Source: Candidatus Omnitrophota bacterium | GTDB lineage: Bacteria; Omnitrophota; Gorgyraeia; Tantalellales; Tantalellaceae | Assembly: GCA_015231405.1 (NCBI GenBank) | Contig: JADGBR010000006.1 | Coordinates: 40,218-104,217 of the forward strand | Reading direction: 5' to 3' | DNA length: 64,000 nt | Part shown: piece after piece, positions 42,234-51,329 of the stretch | Layout of the letters: the number at the start of each line of letters is the position of its first letter | How positions within the stretch are numbered: position 1 is the stretch's first letter | Notes under the pieces: generated by a model | Seen by the model: only the letters and a program-made list of their open reading frames with translations | The model's database searches: none | What the model was told of the DNA's origin: nothing | Translations under genes and position numbers: made by a program

Positions 42234-42282
42234 AATTGGTCCCTTCCTTTTCTTGTATTTTAATTATTTCAAGCAGGCGTTC

Positions 42283-45200
42283 TTATTGCGTCCTAACGTT
42301 CCTCGTCCCATCGGTCTGGAGCGCGTACTGGAATTCCAGCGTATCAGGCGGACCGAGAGTCCGGTTGGTCACCGTCATCTTCCCGTATTTTGCATCTGCG
42401 GTCTTAAAAGCGTAAACTTTTCCCACATCCATATTGTCAACAAAAGGGGCGTATCCAGATGACGGGGCTTCATTGAGCGCCCCGAACGTGGAAGTTGTAA
42501 TTTCCTGTATCTCGGACGCGCCTACGGCGATAAATCGCATCCCCATAACATAATTGAAATCACCGGTATCCACGTCAGCCTGAGCCCCGGACGAGAAACT
42601 AAATCCCTTTACATTGCTAGGAGGGGGACCGGGTTCGGATGTGACAGACCCTGTCCGGACGGATATCACGGCGGTCGAAGTCGTCCCTCCGGCCTCAACG
42701 GTCTCGCTGGATCCGGGCTGTACGGGATCACGGGTTTCCTGAGCCTGCTCTATCTGCTCGACGACGGCTTGCGCCAACCCGCTGGATTCGGCTATTTCCG
42801 GGGAAAGAGTAGCGTATATTAGGTTCCCTTTAAGATTGTAGATCTTCATCCTTCCGTCCTCCAGAACAAAGATCATCTCAGTTTTTCCTGTCGTCCTTTG
42901 CTGTTCCCCGGTCTGTCTCGGTATCTGGGTCTTGTTCCACGTTGTCTCGGCAACGTATTGCCCGTTACGTATCTCTATCCTGTTGATGAATATGGTGAGC
43001 CTTATTTCAGTGAACATATCGAAGTCGAACCTCACTCCTTCTTCCAGAAAAGTCCGGTTGCCTATGAAATCCCTCGATATATTCTCTTCGAATAAAGAAA
43101 CGTTCTGGGCTTCATAGGCGTCGGCTATCTTCTTAGCGGCGTCGACGAGAAGCTGGCTATAGTCGATGTTCCTATATATCAACCCGTTGATGTTCTCGAA
43201 CGGCTCTAGAGTGACCTCATCGAAATCCACGGTCTTGATCTTGAAAACGACCTGATACAATTGCTCGACCGCCGGCATGAAGGAAAAGGATAACATCTGG
43301 TTCTTCTGGCATTCGTTCCATATCCGTCCGCCGTCGGTCGAAACGAGTATCTTATCTATCCTGTCCAGCGTGTTCAGCCTGGCTGTAACTTCGATAGCGT
43401 TATTCTTCAGGTCAGTATTCGTGAGGATAACGTCACCGGAAGCGTTTTTTAGGCTCACTGTATTTACGCGCGCGTCATAAAGCTGATAAAAAGAAAACCC
43501 TTCACCCTCCCCCACTGGAACGGTTTGAGAGAAAGACGCCGTTTTCTGTCCGGGCTGGCCTCCCTGTCCAGGCTGTCCCCCTTGCCCCGGCTGCCCGCCC
43601 TGCCCTGGCTGCCCACCCTGCCCTGGTTGTCCTCCCTGTCCTGGTTGTCCTCCCTGTCCTGGTTGTCCACCCTGTCCCGGTTGTCCACCCTGTCCCGGCT
43701 GGCCTCCCTGTCCAGGCTGGCCACCCTGCCCCGGTTGTCCGCCGGGCCCGCTTGTCTTAGTGGTTTTAAGAAACTCCGTGCGCTCTTCCAGGATCTTATC
43801 GAGTTCATTCATTATGGAGACATATCTTTTGCCCAGCGAATGATCGAAAGGAGCCGGGTTTTTCTCATAGGCTTTGTCCACGGCATATGGCTGGCTCGTA
43901 TCACCGCTTGAAATTATGGCACCGGCTATTGCCCCAATGACCGGCATCATCTGCTGCATGAACTCGATATCACTCGCGTCATATTTGACCTTCGGAACTT
44001 CCTCCTCGAACTTCGCGACCGTGCTAGCCTGGATCACGATCTCCGTATCGCCCGAAGGAGCGAAAAAATTGTCTTCCGCGGCGTATTCAACTCCGGGCAA
44101 GGTAAGGATCTTCTCGAGTACCTCGTTAACTCCGGAGGCGCTATTCTTAATGAACTTGTAGCCCGGATATTGCTGCCACATAGTTCTTATCTCGTTGGCG
44201 AAAGTCCCCGTATCGTTCTTAGTCATATAGTGTTTGTAGGGTTTATCCATCAGTATCAAATTGCCGTCTTTCTTGAAAAGGATCTCGTACTCCCCATAGC
44301 TGAACTCCCTAAGAACTCCTTTTTCCTTCTGGTCCCGGAAGAACTCCTCTACCGCCGCTTTTTTAGAGTTGATCCAGTCCGCCCCTTCCTGACGTTTCGC
44401 CATTTCCTCGTCGGCATATTTACGTATCTCGTCGAACCTGGCCTGTGACCTGTTGATGAGATCCTGAAGTTTCTCTATGGCATTGCCCAGGTCCGCCATC
44501 TCTTCCATTTGCCGGTCGAAATTTTCGGAAACACCGAGCACCTTCATTTCGGTGAGTTCACTGTCCGACGGTTTAGGTATATCCTTAAGTTCCGCCGCGG
44601 CTCTCTGCCAATCCGGGTAGGAACCCTGGACATTCGCCATTCGGTACCCACCTTCCCTGCCTATCTCCCCGGCGAAATCGAAGTTTACAGTAGCGGCCTT
44701 CTGGTTCATTTCAGAATATAGCTCGGGAACGCTTTTCGGGTCGTTAAAAGTACCTACTCCCCCATACTCGTAAGATTTCGTTTTTTCTACCGCCGCGTTA
44801 ATGGCGTTCATGTTATCCGAAAAATCTTCATCGGCCTGGGTCCTCGTCCCTGTCCCCAGGATACTATTGACGGGAATTATTTTGGCTGACGCCTGCACAA
44901 GCCCTGTATATTCATACCATTGCCTTTGCCTTACCCTCTTAAGGTCGTTAAAAGTATTGACGAGCCCTGATATCTCGGAATTGGTCTTAACGATCACGGC
45001 TTCGGTCGTATTCCTGAGCGTCTGGCTAACGTCCCCGGCCAGATAATATGCGCTCTGAAGAATGGATAACTCGCCGCCGAGGGCGCTAGTCTCCTTTCTT
45101 ATCGCTTCCATCCGCGTTGAGTTGCCGCTCATTGCCGAGACAAGGCTGCTCCTTAAGGCTTCGTCATAGGAATCGTAATACTGTCTCTGCAATTTCGCGT

Positions 45201-46809
45201 TATCCGCCTCACGGTTCTTATATTCCTCGTTTAGCGCCCCTATCCTCTCATTAATTGGACCTTGCGCGTTCTCATACGCTTTCGCGAGCTTTTTAGGAAG
45301 TTCTTCGTTATAGTAGCCGTTCATCCCTTTCCTGGCGGCGCCCTCCCATTCGGATAGGAGGGTATACGCTTCGGAAAATTTGCCCTTATTCAAAGCTTCC
45401 AGCACCTTATCGTAAAGATCATCACCAGAAGTTCCCCAGTCCTTGAACGGCGCGAGAACTGGAACGAATGCGGCGTTATAATAGCCCATCTCGGGAGCGC
45501 TTATCGTTTTCTCTTCTTCCTCATAAACGGTCGCGGGATCGGTTATGACAGCTTTTTCTTTAGCTCCGAGGGCTTTTTCATAATCCTTTTCCAGCGCCCA
45601 CCACAGCTTCAGCTCGGACTTTAGCGACGCGGAAAGATCGGCCTCTCCGATAAGATTGGAAGCGCTGGACGCGGTCACAAGCGAACTTTTCCAGGTATTA
45701 ATGGCGTTCTGAACTTCGTTCATCCTCTTAAGGTTGGCGATAAGCGTCCCGGCCCCGACGCGCGCGGCCGGACTTTTCGCGAGGAGCTCCTTGTATTTAG
45801 GCAGCTGTTTACGGTATTCTTTTTTGGCGTTGAATTCGCTGAGAAGTTGCGGGATATTGTTCGAAAAGGCTCTTAAACGGTAGGCGAACTTCTTGAATTC
45901 AGCCATCTCATGCCCGGCCCGCTGCTCCGCCCACCGCTCGGTCACCTGGAGGTTAACGTCCTTAAGGAGTTTCATTATCCATGTGCGCGCCTTGTTCCGA
46001 TATTCCACGGAAAGCGCCATAGTCTCGGCGCTTTCGGTCGTGTCCTCTCCCGAGCCTGCCGACATCAGGTCCCTGGCCCAATCCCCCCAACTTTGTTCGG
46101 GCCATTCCTCCCCGAGAACGGTCGTTACATAAGATTTGACCATATCGCGGACCTCGGCGTTGGTCACGATGTATTTGTTAAAGAAATAGTCCGCGGTCTT
46201 TTCGTTGACATCTATCAGCTTAGGAGAGCCGCCCTTGGGATCGGACGTACCCAAAAGACGCCTGTCGTTCTCAACTTTATTGTAAAGCGTCTCTACCTGG
46301 AGCTCGGCGCCCGACTCTACTACCAGCTTATGGGACTCGTAGGCCATCTTAACGGCGGCCCACGCCACTTTTATAACGGGATGATCTATTTCCCCGACGA
46401 CAACGTCCACTGTCAGGAAAAGTGCTTCGTCATATTTCCCTTCTCCGAGCATGGTACCGAGCTTTTGGACGTTCTCTATGATATCCAGGATCTTGTCTAT
46501 TTTGTCCTTGATCTGCTTAGTGTATGCGTCGGTATCGTCGATCTGCCCTTTCCATAGTTTCTCGTATTCAAAGAGAGATTCCCATCCAAGCTCGTTGACT
46601 TTGTCCTGGCCCAGGGCCTTCAATCCTTCCGTCGCTCCGTCCTCCGACATCATGGCTTCCGCCACATCAAGGCCGAGACTTACGCCGGTACCCAATTCAT
46701 CCGGGTCGGTAAATTTCCCGCCCTTGGACCCTTTTTCCTCGGCACTCGCGATATTGAAGTTGAGGACCATTAATGACAACAGGATGAAAACTGATATTTT
46801 ATTAGCCAT
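42283..46809 (-). CDS. Large secreted protein C (1508 aa) with the same C-terminal module and a GQPGQG repeat linker
   Basis: Signal peptide ending ASA; shared motifs; terminal QTDGTRNVRTQ. Confidence 0.85.
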   Translation of the reverse strand: MANKISVFILLSLMVLNFNIASAEEKGSKGGKFTDPDELGTGVSLGLDVAEAMMSEDGATEGLKALGQDKVNELGWESLFEYEKLWKGQIDDTDAYTKQIKDKIDKILDIIENVQKLGTMLGEGKYDEALFLTVDVVVGEIDHPVIKVAWAAVKMAYESHKLVVESGAELQVETLYNKVENDRRLLGTSDPKGGSPKLIDVNEKTADYFFNKYIVTNAEVRDMVKSYVTTVLGEEWPEQSWGDWARDLMSAGSGEDTTESAETMALSVEYRNKARTWIMKLLKDVNLQVTERWAEQRAGHEMAEFKKFAYRLRAFSNNIPQLLSEFNAKKEYRKQLPKYKELLAKSPAARVGAGTLIANLKRMNEVQNAINTWKSSLVTASSASNLIGEADLSASLKSELKLWWALEKDYEKALGAKEKAVITDPATVYEEEEKTISAPEMGYYNAAFVPVLAPFKDWGTSGDDLYDKVLEALNKGKFSEAYTLLSEWEGAARKGMNGYYNEELPKKLAKAYENAQGPINERIGALNEEYKNREADNAKLQRQYYDSYDEALRSSLVSAMSGNSTRMEAIRKETSALGGELSILQSAYYLAGDVSQTLRNTTEAVIVKTNSEISGLVNTFNDLKRVRQRQWYEYTGLVQASAKIIPVNSILGTGTRTQADEDFSDNMNAINAAVEKTKSYEYGGVGTFNDPKSVPELYSEMNQKAATVNFDFAGEIGREGGYRMANVQGSYPDWQRAAAELKDIPKPSDSELTEMKVLGVSENFDRQMEEMADLGNAIEKLQDLINRSQARFDEIRKYADEEMAKRQEGADWINSKKAAVEEFFRDQKEKGVLREFSYGEYEILFKKDGNLILMDKPYKHYMTKNDTGTFANEIRTMWQQYPGYKFIKNSASGVNEVLEKILTLPGVEYAAEDNFFAPSGDTEIVIQASTVAKFEEEVPKVKYDASDIEFMQQMMPVIGAIAGAIISSGDTSQPYAVDKAYEKNPAPFDHSLGKRYVSIMNELDKILEERTEFLKTTKTSGPGGQPGQGGQPGQGGQPGQGGQPGQGGQPGQGGQPGQGGQPGQGGQPGQGGQPGQGGQPGQGGQPGQKTASFSQTVPVGEGEGFSFYQLYDARVNTVSLKNASGDVILTNTDLKNNAIEVTARLNTLDRIDKILVSTDGGRIWNECQKNQMLSFSFMPAVEQLYQVVFKIKTVDFDEVTLEPFENINGLIYRNIDYSQLLVDAAKKIADAYEAQNVSLFEENISRDFIGNRTFLEEGVRFDFDMFTEIRLTIFINRIEIRNGQYVAETTWNKTQIPRQTGEQQRTTGKTEMIFVLEDGRMKIYNLKGNLIYATLSPEIAESSGLAQAVVEQIEQAQETRDPVQPGSSETVEAGGTTSTAVISVRTGSVTSEPGPPPSNVKGFSFSSGAQADVDTGDFNYVMGMRFIAVGASEIQEITTSTFGALNEAPSSGYAPFVDNMDVGKVYAFKTADAKYGKMTVTNRTLGPPDTLEFQYALQTDGTRNVRTQ
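43546..43743 (-). repeat. 18-bp coding tandem repeat, (GGQPGQ) x11
   Basis: Eleven units differing at synonymous positions. Confidence 0.9.
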
Positions 46810-47067
46810 TCCGGTCCTTTGGTAATTTTTTTATAGGTTGGGGAATATAGATATTTTTGTGATAAGCCTGGTCCGCCCCCCCCATTTCAGCGCTTGTTTC
46901 CTTCCATTTTCTACTTTAGATTACTTTCTCGGGCAAATTCTGTCAATTGATTTTAGCTCATCCCATCATTTCACAATTCTCAACAATATCCCCCTTTCAA
47001 ATGCATACGATCCCGCTAAAAGAATCATTTGACTTCCACCTCCTCAATCCCTATCATAGTACCCACT

Positions 47068-48693
47068 ATGAAGAACAAAAACTTGATCTCCCTCTTGATG
47101 CTCTTGTCTGTCTCTTCGTTCCTCTTCCTTTTCAAACTCGGAGCTATGCCTCTAACTGATCCGGACGAGACTTTCTATGCCGAAACAGCGAAAGAAATGC
47201 TTACCGCTAACGACTGGCTTACGCCTAAGATATTCGGGGAACCACAATTCGAAAAGCCGGTTTTCTATTACTGGACAATAATGGCGAGTTACAAATTTTT
47301 CGGCGTGAACGAGTTCTCGGCCAGGTTGCCTTCGGCCCTTTTCGGCATCCTCGGTATAATAGGTATTTACACTCTGGGTGTCATGCTCTCTACCCCACTC
47401 GGAGGATTATTGTCCGGACTAATAGCGTGCACGTCCATCTACTATCTTGGACTGGCAAGGGGATGCGTGACGGATATGGTCCTGACCGTATTCATCCTGT
47501 TCTCGCTCGTTTTTTTCCTTAAAGGGTGGTCCGAAAAAAAGAGATATTATTTCCTTTTATCTTCCGCGTCGATGGCTCTGGCTGTCCTGACAAAAGGACC
47601 AATCGGCCTTTTCCTCCCGGGATTGATACTGATCCTGTTCATCACCCTGGAAAATAAATGGAAAGACATCGGCAGGATCCCTTTCCTATCAGGAACGGCT
47701 GTTTTTGTGGTCATATGCCTACCCTGGTACCTGACCATGATAGATCTGCACGGCAAGGTATTTATCGGTGAATTTTTCGGGTTCCATAACGTCACGCGGT
47801 TCTTGAAGCCGGAGCATAAGATAGGTTCGTCCCCGTTCTTTTATTTTCCGATAGTGTTGGGAGGGATACTTCCCTGGACGCCGTTCCTTTTAGCCGGGAT
47901 ATGGCGTTCGTTCTTCGGGAAGGAACCTATCATTGAAAGATCCGGCCGCACTCTGTTCACGATATGGTTTTTGACCGTGTTCCTTTTTTTCTCATTTTCC
48001 AGCACAAAACTCCTGACTTACATTTCCCCTCTTTTTCCCGTATTGGCGGTAATTACGGGAATATTCTGGGAAAAATTTATTACAGGGAAGACCGGGGGGT
48101 CGGAAGAAAAGGCATTTATCATCCCGGGCTTAGTCCTTCTTGTTATCGCCTCGATACCCGGGTTCTTAGTGGGACGCCATATTGTCCTGGCTAAATGCCC
48201 GGAAGCGCTGGCGTCTGTAACTCTCGGCTCGGCGATCCTTTTTTCGGGGATACTCCTGGCGCTCTTATTTTCAATATTCGGAAAAAGGCGGCTTTCTTTC
48301 ATTTCCTTGTTCCTTGGCGTATTGGTCTTATCCCTGCCGGCCTTTACCTACATCATGCCGATCATCGGAGCGTCGGAATCCAGCGCGGCACTGGCCGGAA
48401 CAGCCCTTAGATTATCCGGTCCAGGCGAACCCATAGGGGGAGAATCCGACAGAAGAAGAGGGATAGCTTTTTATACCGGCAGGGTGGATGTCCCGGATAT
48501 CCATACATACGGCGGACTTATCGCCTTTTTCCCCAGGAAAGAAAGGGTCTGGGGGATCGTACAGAAAAAACACTACGAACAACTCGCGGGTTACATGAAA
48601 GGCCAATATTTCGAGGTGATCAGTTCTTCCGGGAAATACGTCCTTGTCACGAACAAGCCTCTCCTCACTTCTCCCGAAGAGACCTCAAAGTGA
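47068..48693 (+). CDS. ArnT/PMT-like (GT39/GT83) membrane glycosyltransferase
   Basis: DPDETFYAETAKEM, EKPVFYYW, FSARLPSA, LTKGPIG and STKLLTYISP. Confidence 0.9.
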   Translation: MKNKNLISLLMLLSVSSFLFLFKLGAMPLTDPDETFYAETAKEMLTANDWLTPKIFGEPQFEKPVFYYWTIMASYKFFGVNEFSARLPSALFGILGIIGIYTLGVMLSTPLGGLLSGLIACTSIYYLGLARGCVTDMVLTVFILFSLVFFLKGWSEKKRYYFLLSSASMALAVLTKGPIGLFLPGLILILFITLENKWKDIGRIPFLSGTAVFVVICLPWYLTMIDLHGKVFIGEFFGFHNVTRFLKPEHKIGSSPFFYFPIVLGGILPWTPFLLAGIWRSFFGKEPIIERSGRTLFTIWFLTVFLFFSFSSTKLLTYISPLFPVLAVITGIFWEKFITGKTGGSEEKAFIIPGLVLLVIASIPGFLVGRHIVLAKCPEALASVTLGSAILFSGILLALLFSIFGKRRLSFISLFLGVLVLSLPAFTYIMPIIGASESSAALAGTALRLSGPGEPIGGESDRRRGIAFYTGRVDVPDIHTYGGLIAFFPRKERVWGIVQKKHYEQLAGYMKGQYFEVISSSGKYVLVTNKPLLTSPEETSK

Positions 48694-50211
48694 TCAATTC
48701 CCCGGCGATTGAGCCTGCTGAACCTGGTTCCTGCCGCCGTCCTTAGCCCGGTATAAAGCCTGATCGGCGAATTTTATCAGTTCGTCCTTGTCGGTACTGT
48801 CAAAAGGATATGTGGACACGCCAAGGCTCACGGTGACCTTAAGCGTCCCTTTCTGGCTGGGATAATCGTGAGCCTCTACGGCTTTACGGAGCTTTTCCGC
48901 CATTTTGAAGGCCTCATCCTTTCCGGTTTCCGGCATCACAATGGCGAATTCCTCTCCGCCGTATCTTGCCGCAATATCGACGTCCCTCACGTTCGTCCTG
49001 AAAAGTTTTGCCGTCTCCATAAGAACAAGGTCACCCATCTGATGTCCGTAAGTATCGTTGAATTTTTTGAAATGGTCTATATCCGACATTATAAGAGATA
49101 CGGGATGATTGAACTTGGCTGAACGTATCAGTTCTTCCTGAAGCCGCTGCTGGAAATACCTGTGTATCCTGAGCTGGGTCAGCCCGTCGGTAATGGCCAG
49201 ATGATAGAGTTTAGCGTTGTGTATGGTTACCGCGGAATGTCCGGCCAGCGTCGAAAGGATATCGGCGTCTTCCCTTGTGAATTTTCCTCCTTTCTGCTTA
49301 TTTGTAAGGTTAATTACGCCTATGACCTCGTCATTGACCAGGAGCGGCATACAGAGAATGGATTCCACGAACGATTTTCCCGATTGTTTGAACCTCGCGT
49401 CGTTCTCAACGTCATCTACCAGTATGTACTGCTTCTGTATAGCGACCTGCCCCGCTATGCCTTCGCCTATCTTGATCCTGGTGCATTCCATCTGCCCGGA
49501 ATTGATCTTTTCCTCGATATCCATAGGAACGCCCCTGACAACTTTGACCGCAAGTTCTCGGGTCTTCTCATCGATCAGCATCAGCGAAGCCTTTTGCGCC
49601 TGTAGAGCGTCGCGCGATCTGTCCAGGATGAAAAGAAGGACCCGGTTAAGGTCGTTAGCGAAATTCAGGGCTTTACTGACGCTGTACAGGATCTGCAGGT
49701 TCTCGACTTTTTTAGCGAGTTCCGTTTCGGCCTTTTTTCGCTCCTCGACCTCGGCTTCAAGGGTTTTTCTGGCCGCCTCTATCTCCTGGGTCCGCTCCTC
49801 CACATATTCATGAAGGCGCTTGGTCAGGTCTCTCATCGATACTATCCCGGTTATTTTCCCGTTCTTTGTGACCGGTATGTGCCGCACCCTTTTTTCCCTC
49901 ATTATTTTTATGACTTCGAGGTAAGAGGTGTCGTCCGGTACCGTTATAAGATCTTTGCTCATGAAATTGCTCACCAAGAGCGATTCCATATCGATCTTCC
50001 CGGCAGGGATCAGCTTGTGCAAAAGGTCTCTTTCCGTAAAAATGCCTTTAATGTCGCCGCGATCCTCGACAAGAACAGCGCCTATGTTCTTTTCACGCAT
50101 AAGTTTGATGGCGTTCAAGAGCGTGATGTTAATATCAACCTGGACGATACCCGTCGTCATATAAGATACCATGTTATCCATATCAGGTCCTTTTTTATGC
50201 TTTTGCGACAA
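48694..50211 (-). CDS. Diguanylate cyclase with CBS pair, GAF and GGDEF domains
   Basis: GIFTERD CBS motif, GEGIAG/NKQ GAF motifs, DIDHFKKFNDTYGH and RDVD..ARYGGEEF. Confidence 0.93.
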   Translation of the reverse strand: MSQKHKKGPDMDNMVSYMTTGIVQVDINITLLNAIKLMREKNIGAVLVEDRGDIKGIFTERDLLHKLIPAGKIDMESLLVSNFMSKDLITVPDDTSYLEVIKIMREKRVRHIPVTKNGKITGIVSMRDLTKRLHEYVEERTQEIEAARKTLEAEVEERKKAETELAKKVENLQILYSVSKALNFANDLNRVLLFILDRSRDALQAQKASLMLIDEKTRELAVKVVRGVPMDIEEKINSGQMECTRIKIGEGIAGQVAIQKQYILVDDVENDARFKQSGKSFVESILCMPLLVNDEVIGVINLTNKQKGGKFTREDADILSTLAGHSAVTIHNAKLYHLAITDGLTQLRIHRYFQQRLQEELIRSAKFNHPVSLIMSDIDHFKKFNDTYGHQMGDLVLMETAKLFRTNVRDVDIAARYGGEEFAIVMPETGKDEAFKMAEKLRKAVEAHDYPSQKGTLKVTVSLGVSTYPFDSTDKDELIKFADQALYRAKDGGRNQVQQAQSPGN

Positions 50212-50249
50212 TAGATCCGGCGCATTAAATTATATTCCGAACCGGAATG

Positions 50250-51101
50250 TTAATCAAAGATCACGGTCTTATTGTCATACACCAGTATTTTCCTTTCCAG
50301 ATGCCACCGTACAGCCCGGGCAAGGACCATCTTCTCAAGATCCTCACCGCTCCTTATGAGGTCCTTTACGGCATCCCGGTGGCTTATCCTGGCGGTATCC
50401 TGCTCTATTATCGGACCTTCGTCCAGCTTTTCTGTTACATAATGACTGGTCGCTCCGATTATTTTTACACCTTTTTTGAAAGCCCGCGAGTAGGGATCGC
50501 TCCCGGCGAAGGCCGGCAGGAAAGAATGATGTATGTTTATTATCTTCATCCTGTATCGGTCCACGAAACCCCGTGTAAGGATCTGGTGATACCTCGCGAG
50601 TATTATGAGATCGATCCTCTCATTCTCCAGGATATTGAGCTGTTTTTTTTCCTGCGCCGGCTTGTTCTTCGCGGTTATGGGAAACTCGTAATATTTCGCA
50701 CCGAACTCCCGGGCGATGTGTTCCGCGTATGGGTGATTACTCACCACGACCGGCATCTCACACCTGAACTGGCCTGACTTCAACCTCAGAAAAAGATCGT
50801 AAAGGCAATGTGTCTGCTTCGATACGAACACCGCGACCCTCGGCACCTGGTCGCTGAAATATAGCTCCCATTTCATTTCGAAATTCCCGGCTATCGCCGA
50901 GAATTTCTTCCCGATCATTTCTCTTTTTATAGTGAACCCTTTCATATCCCATACTATCCTCATGAAAAAGGCCTTGGCCTCGTCATCGGTATGCTGGTCC
51001 GAGTGAAGGATATTTCCGTTGTTGTTGTACACAAAATTCGTCACCGTAGCCGTGATCCCTTTCTTGTCGGGGCACGATATCAATATCGTTGCATTGAGCA
51101 T
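50250..51101 (-). CDS. purU: Formyltetrahydrofolate deformylase
   Basis: CPDKKGI ACT domain, INIHHSFLPAF, GVKIIGATSH and LDEGPIIEQ. Confidence 0.96.
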   Translation of the reverse strand: MLNATILISCPDKKGITATVTNFVYNNNGNILHSDQHTDDEAKAFFMRIVWDMKGFTIKREMIGKKFSAIAGNFEMKWELYFSDQVPRVAVFVSKQTHCLYDLFLRLKSGQFRCEMPVVVSNHPYAEHIAREFGAKYYEFPITAKNKPAQEKKQLNILENERIDLIILARYHQILTRGFVDRYRMKIINIHHSFLPAFAGSDPYSRAFKKGVKIIGATSHYVTEKLDEGPIIEQDTARISHRDAVKDLIRSGEDLEKMVLARAVRWHLERKILVYDNKTVIFD

Positions 51102-51329
51102 AAATTTCCTTTGGATCTTTCGGAAACGGACCATAATGTCCCAGGTTCTCAAATAATTATACTTATGATGCCCGGGATTGGCAAATCGTTACCCGCAAAA
51201 TCCGACGTTCTATCACCCCTTACGGCCACCAACAAGATAAATTTATCCGCGCCGGGGTTGACATTCCCGAAATAGACATTAAAATTATTTTTACGGACGT
51301 TTCGTTGGTCCGGTAAATAAGTTACCGGG

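Noticed and set aside
43546-43743. Possible CRISPR array or collagen repeat
   Set aside because: No spacers; units are in-frame 18-mers with synonymous variation. Although Gly falls at every third residue, the tract is short, Gly/Gln-dominated and sits at a linker position, so I did not call it collagen.
31817-46809. Integrated element or prophage at tRNA-Glu
   Set aside because: No integrase or phage genes, and no direct repeat of the tRNA 3' end was spotted; the only copy seen is inverted.
32249-46809. Diversity-generating retroelement acting on the shared C-termini
   Set aside because: No reverse transcriptase in the window, no non-coding template repeat, and the differences are not visibly adenine-specific.
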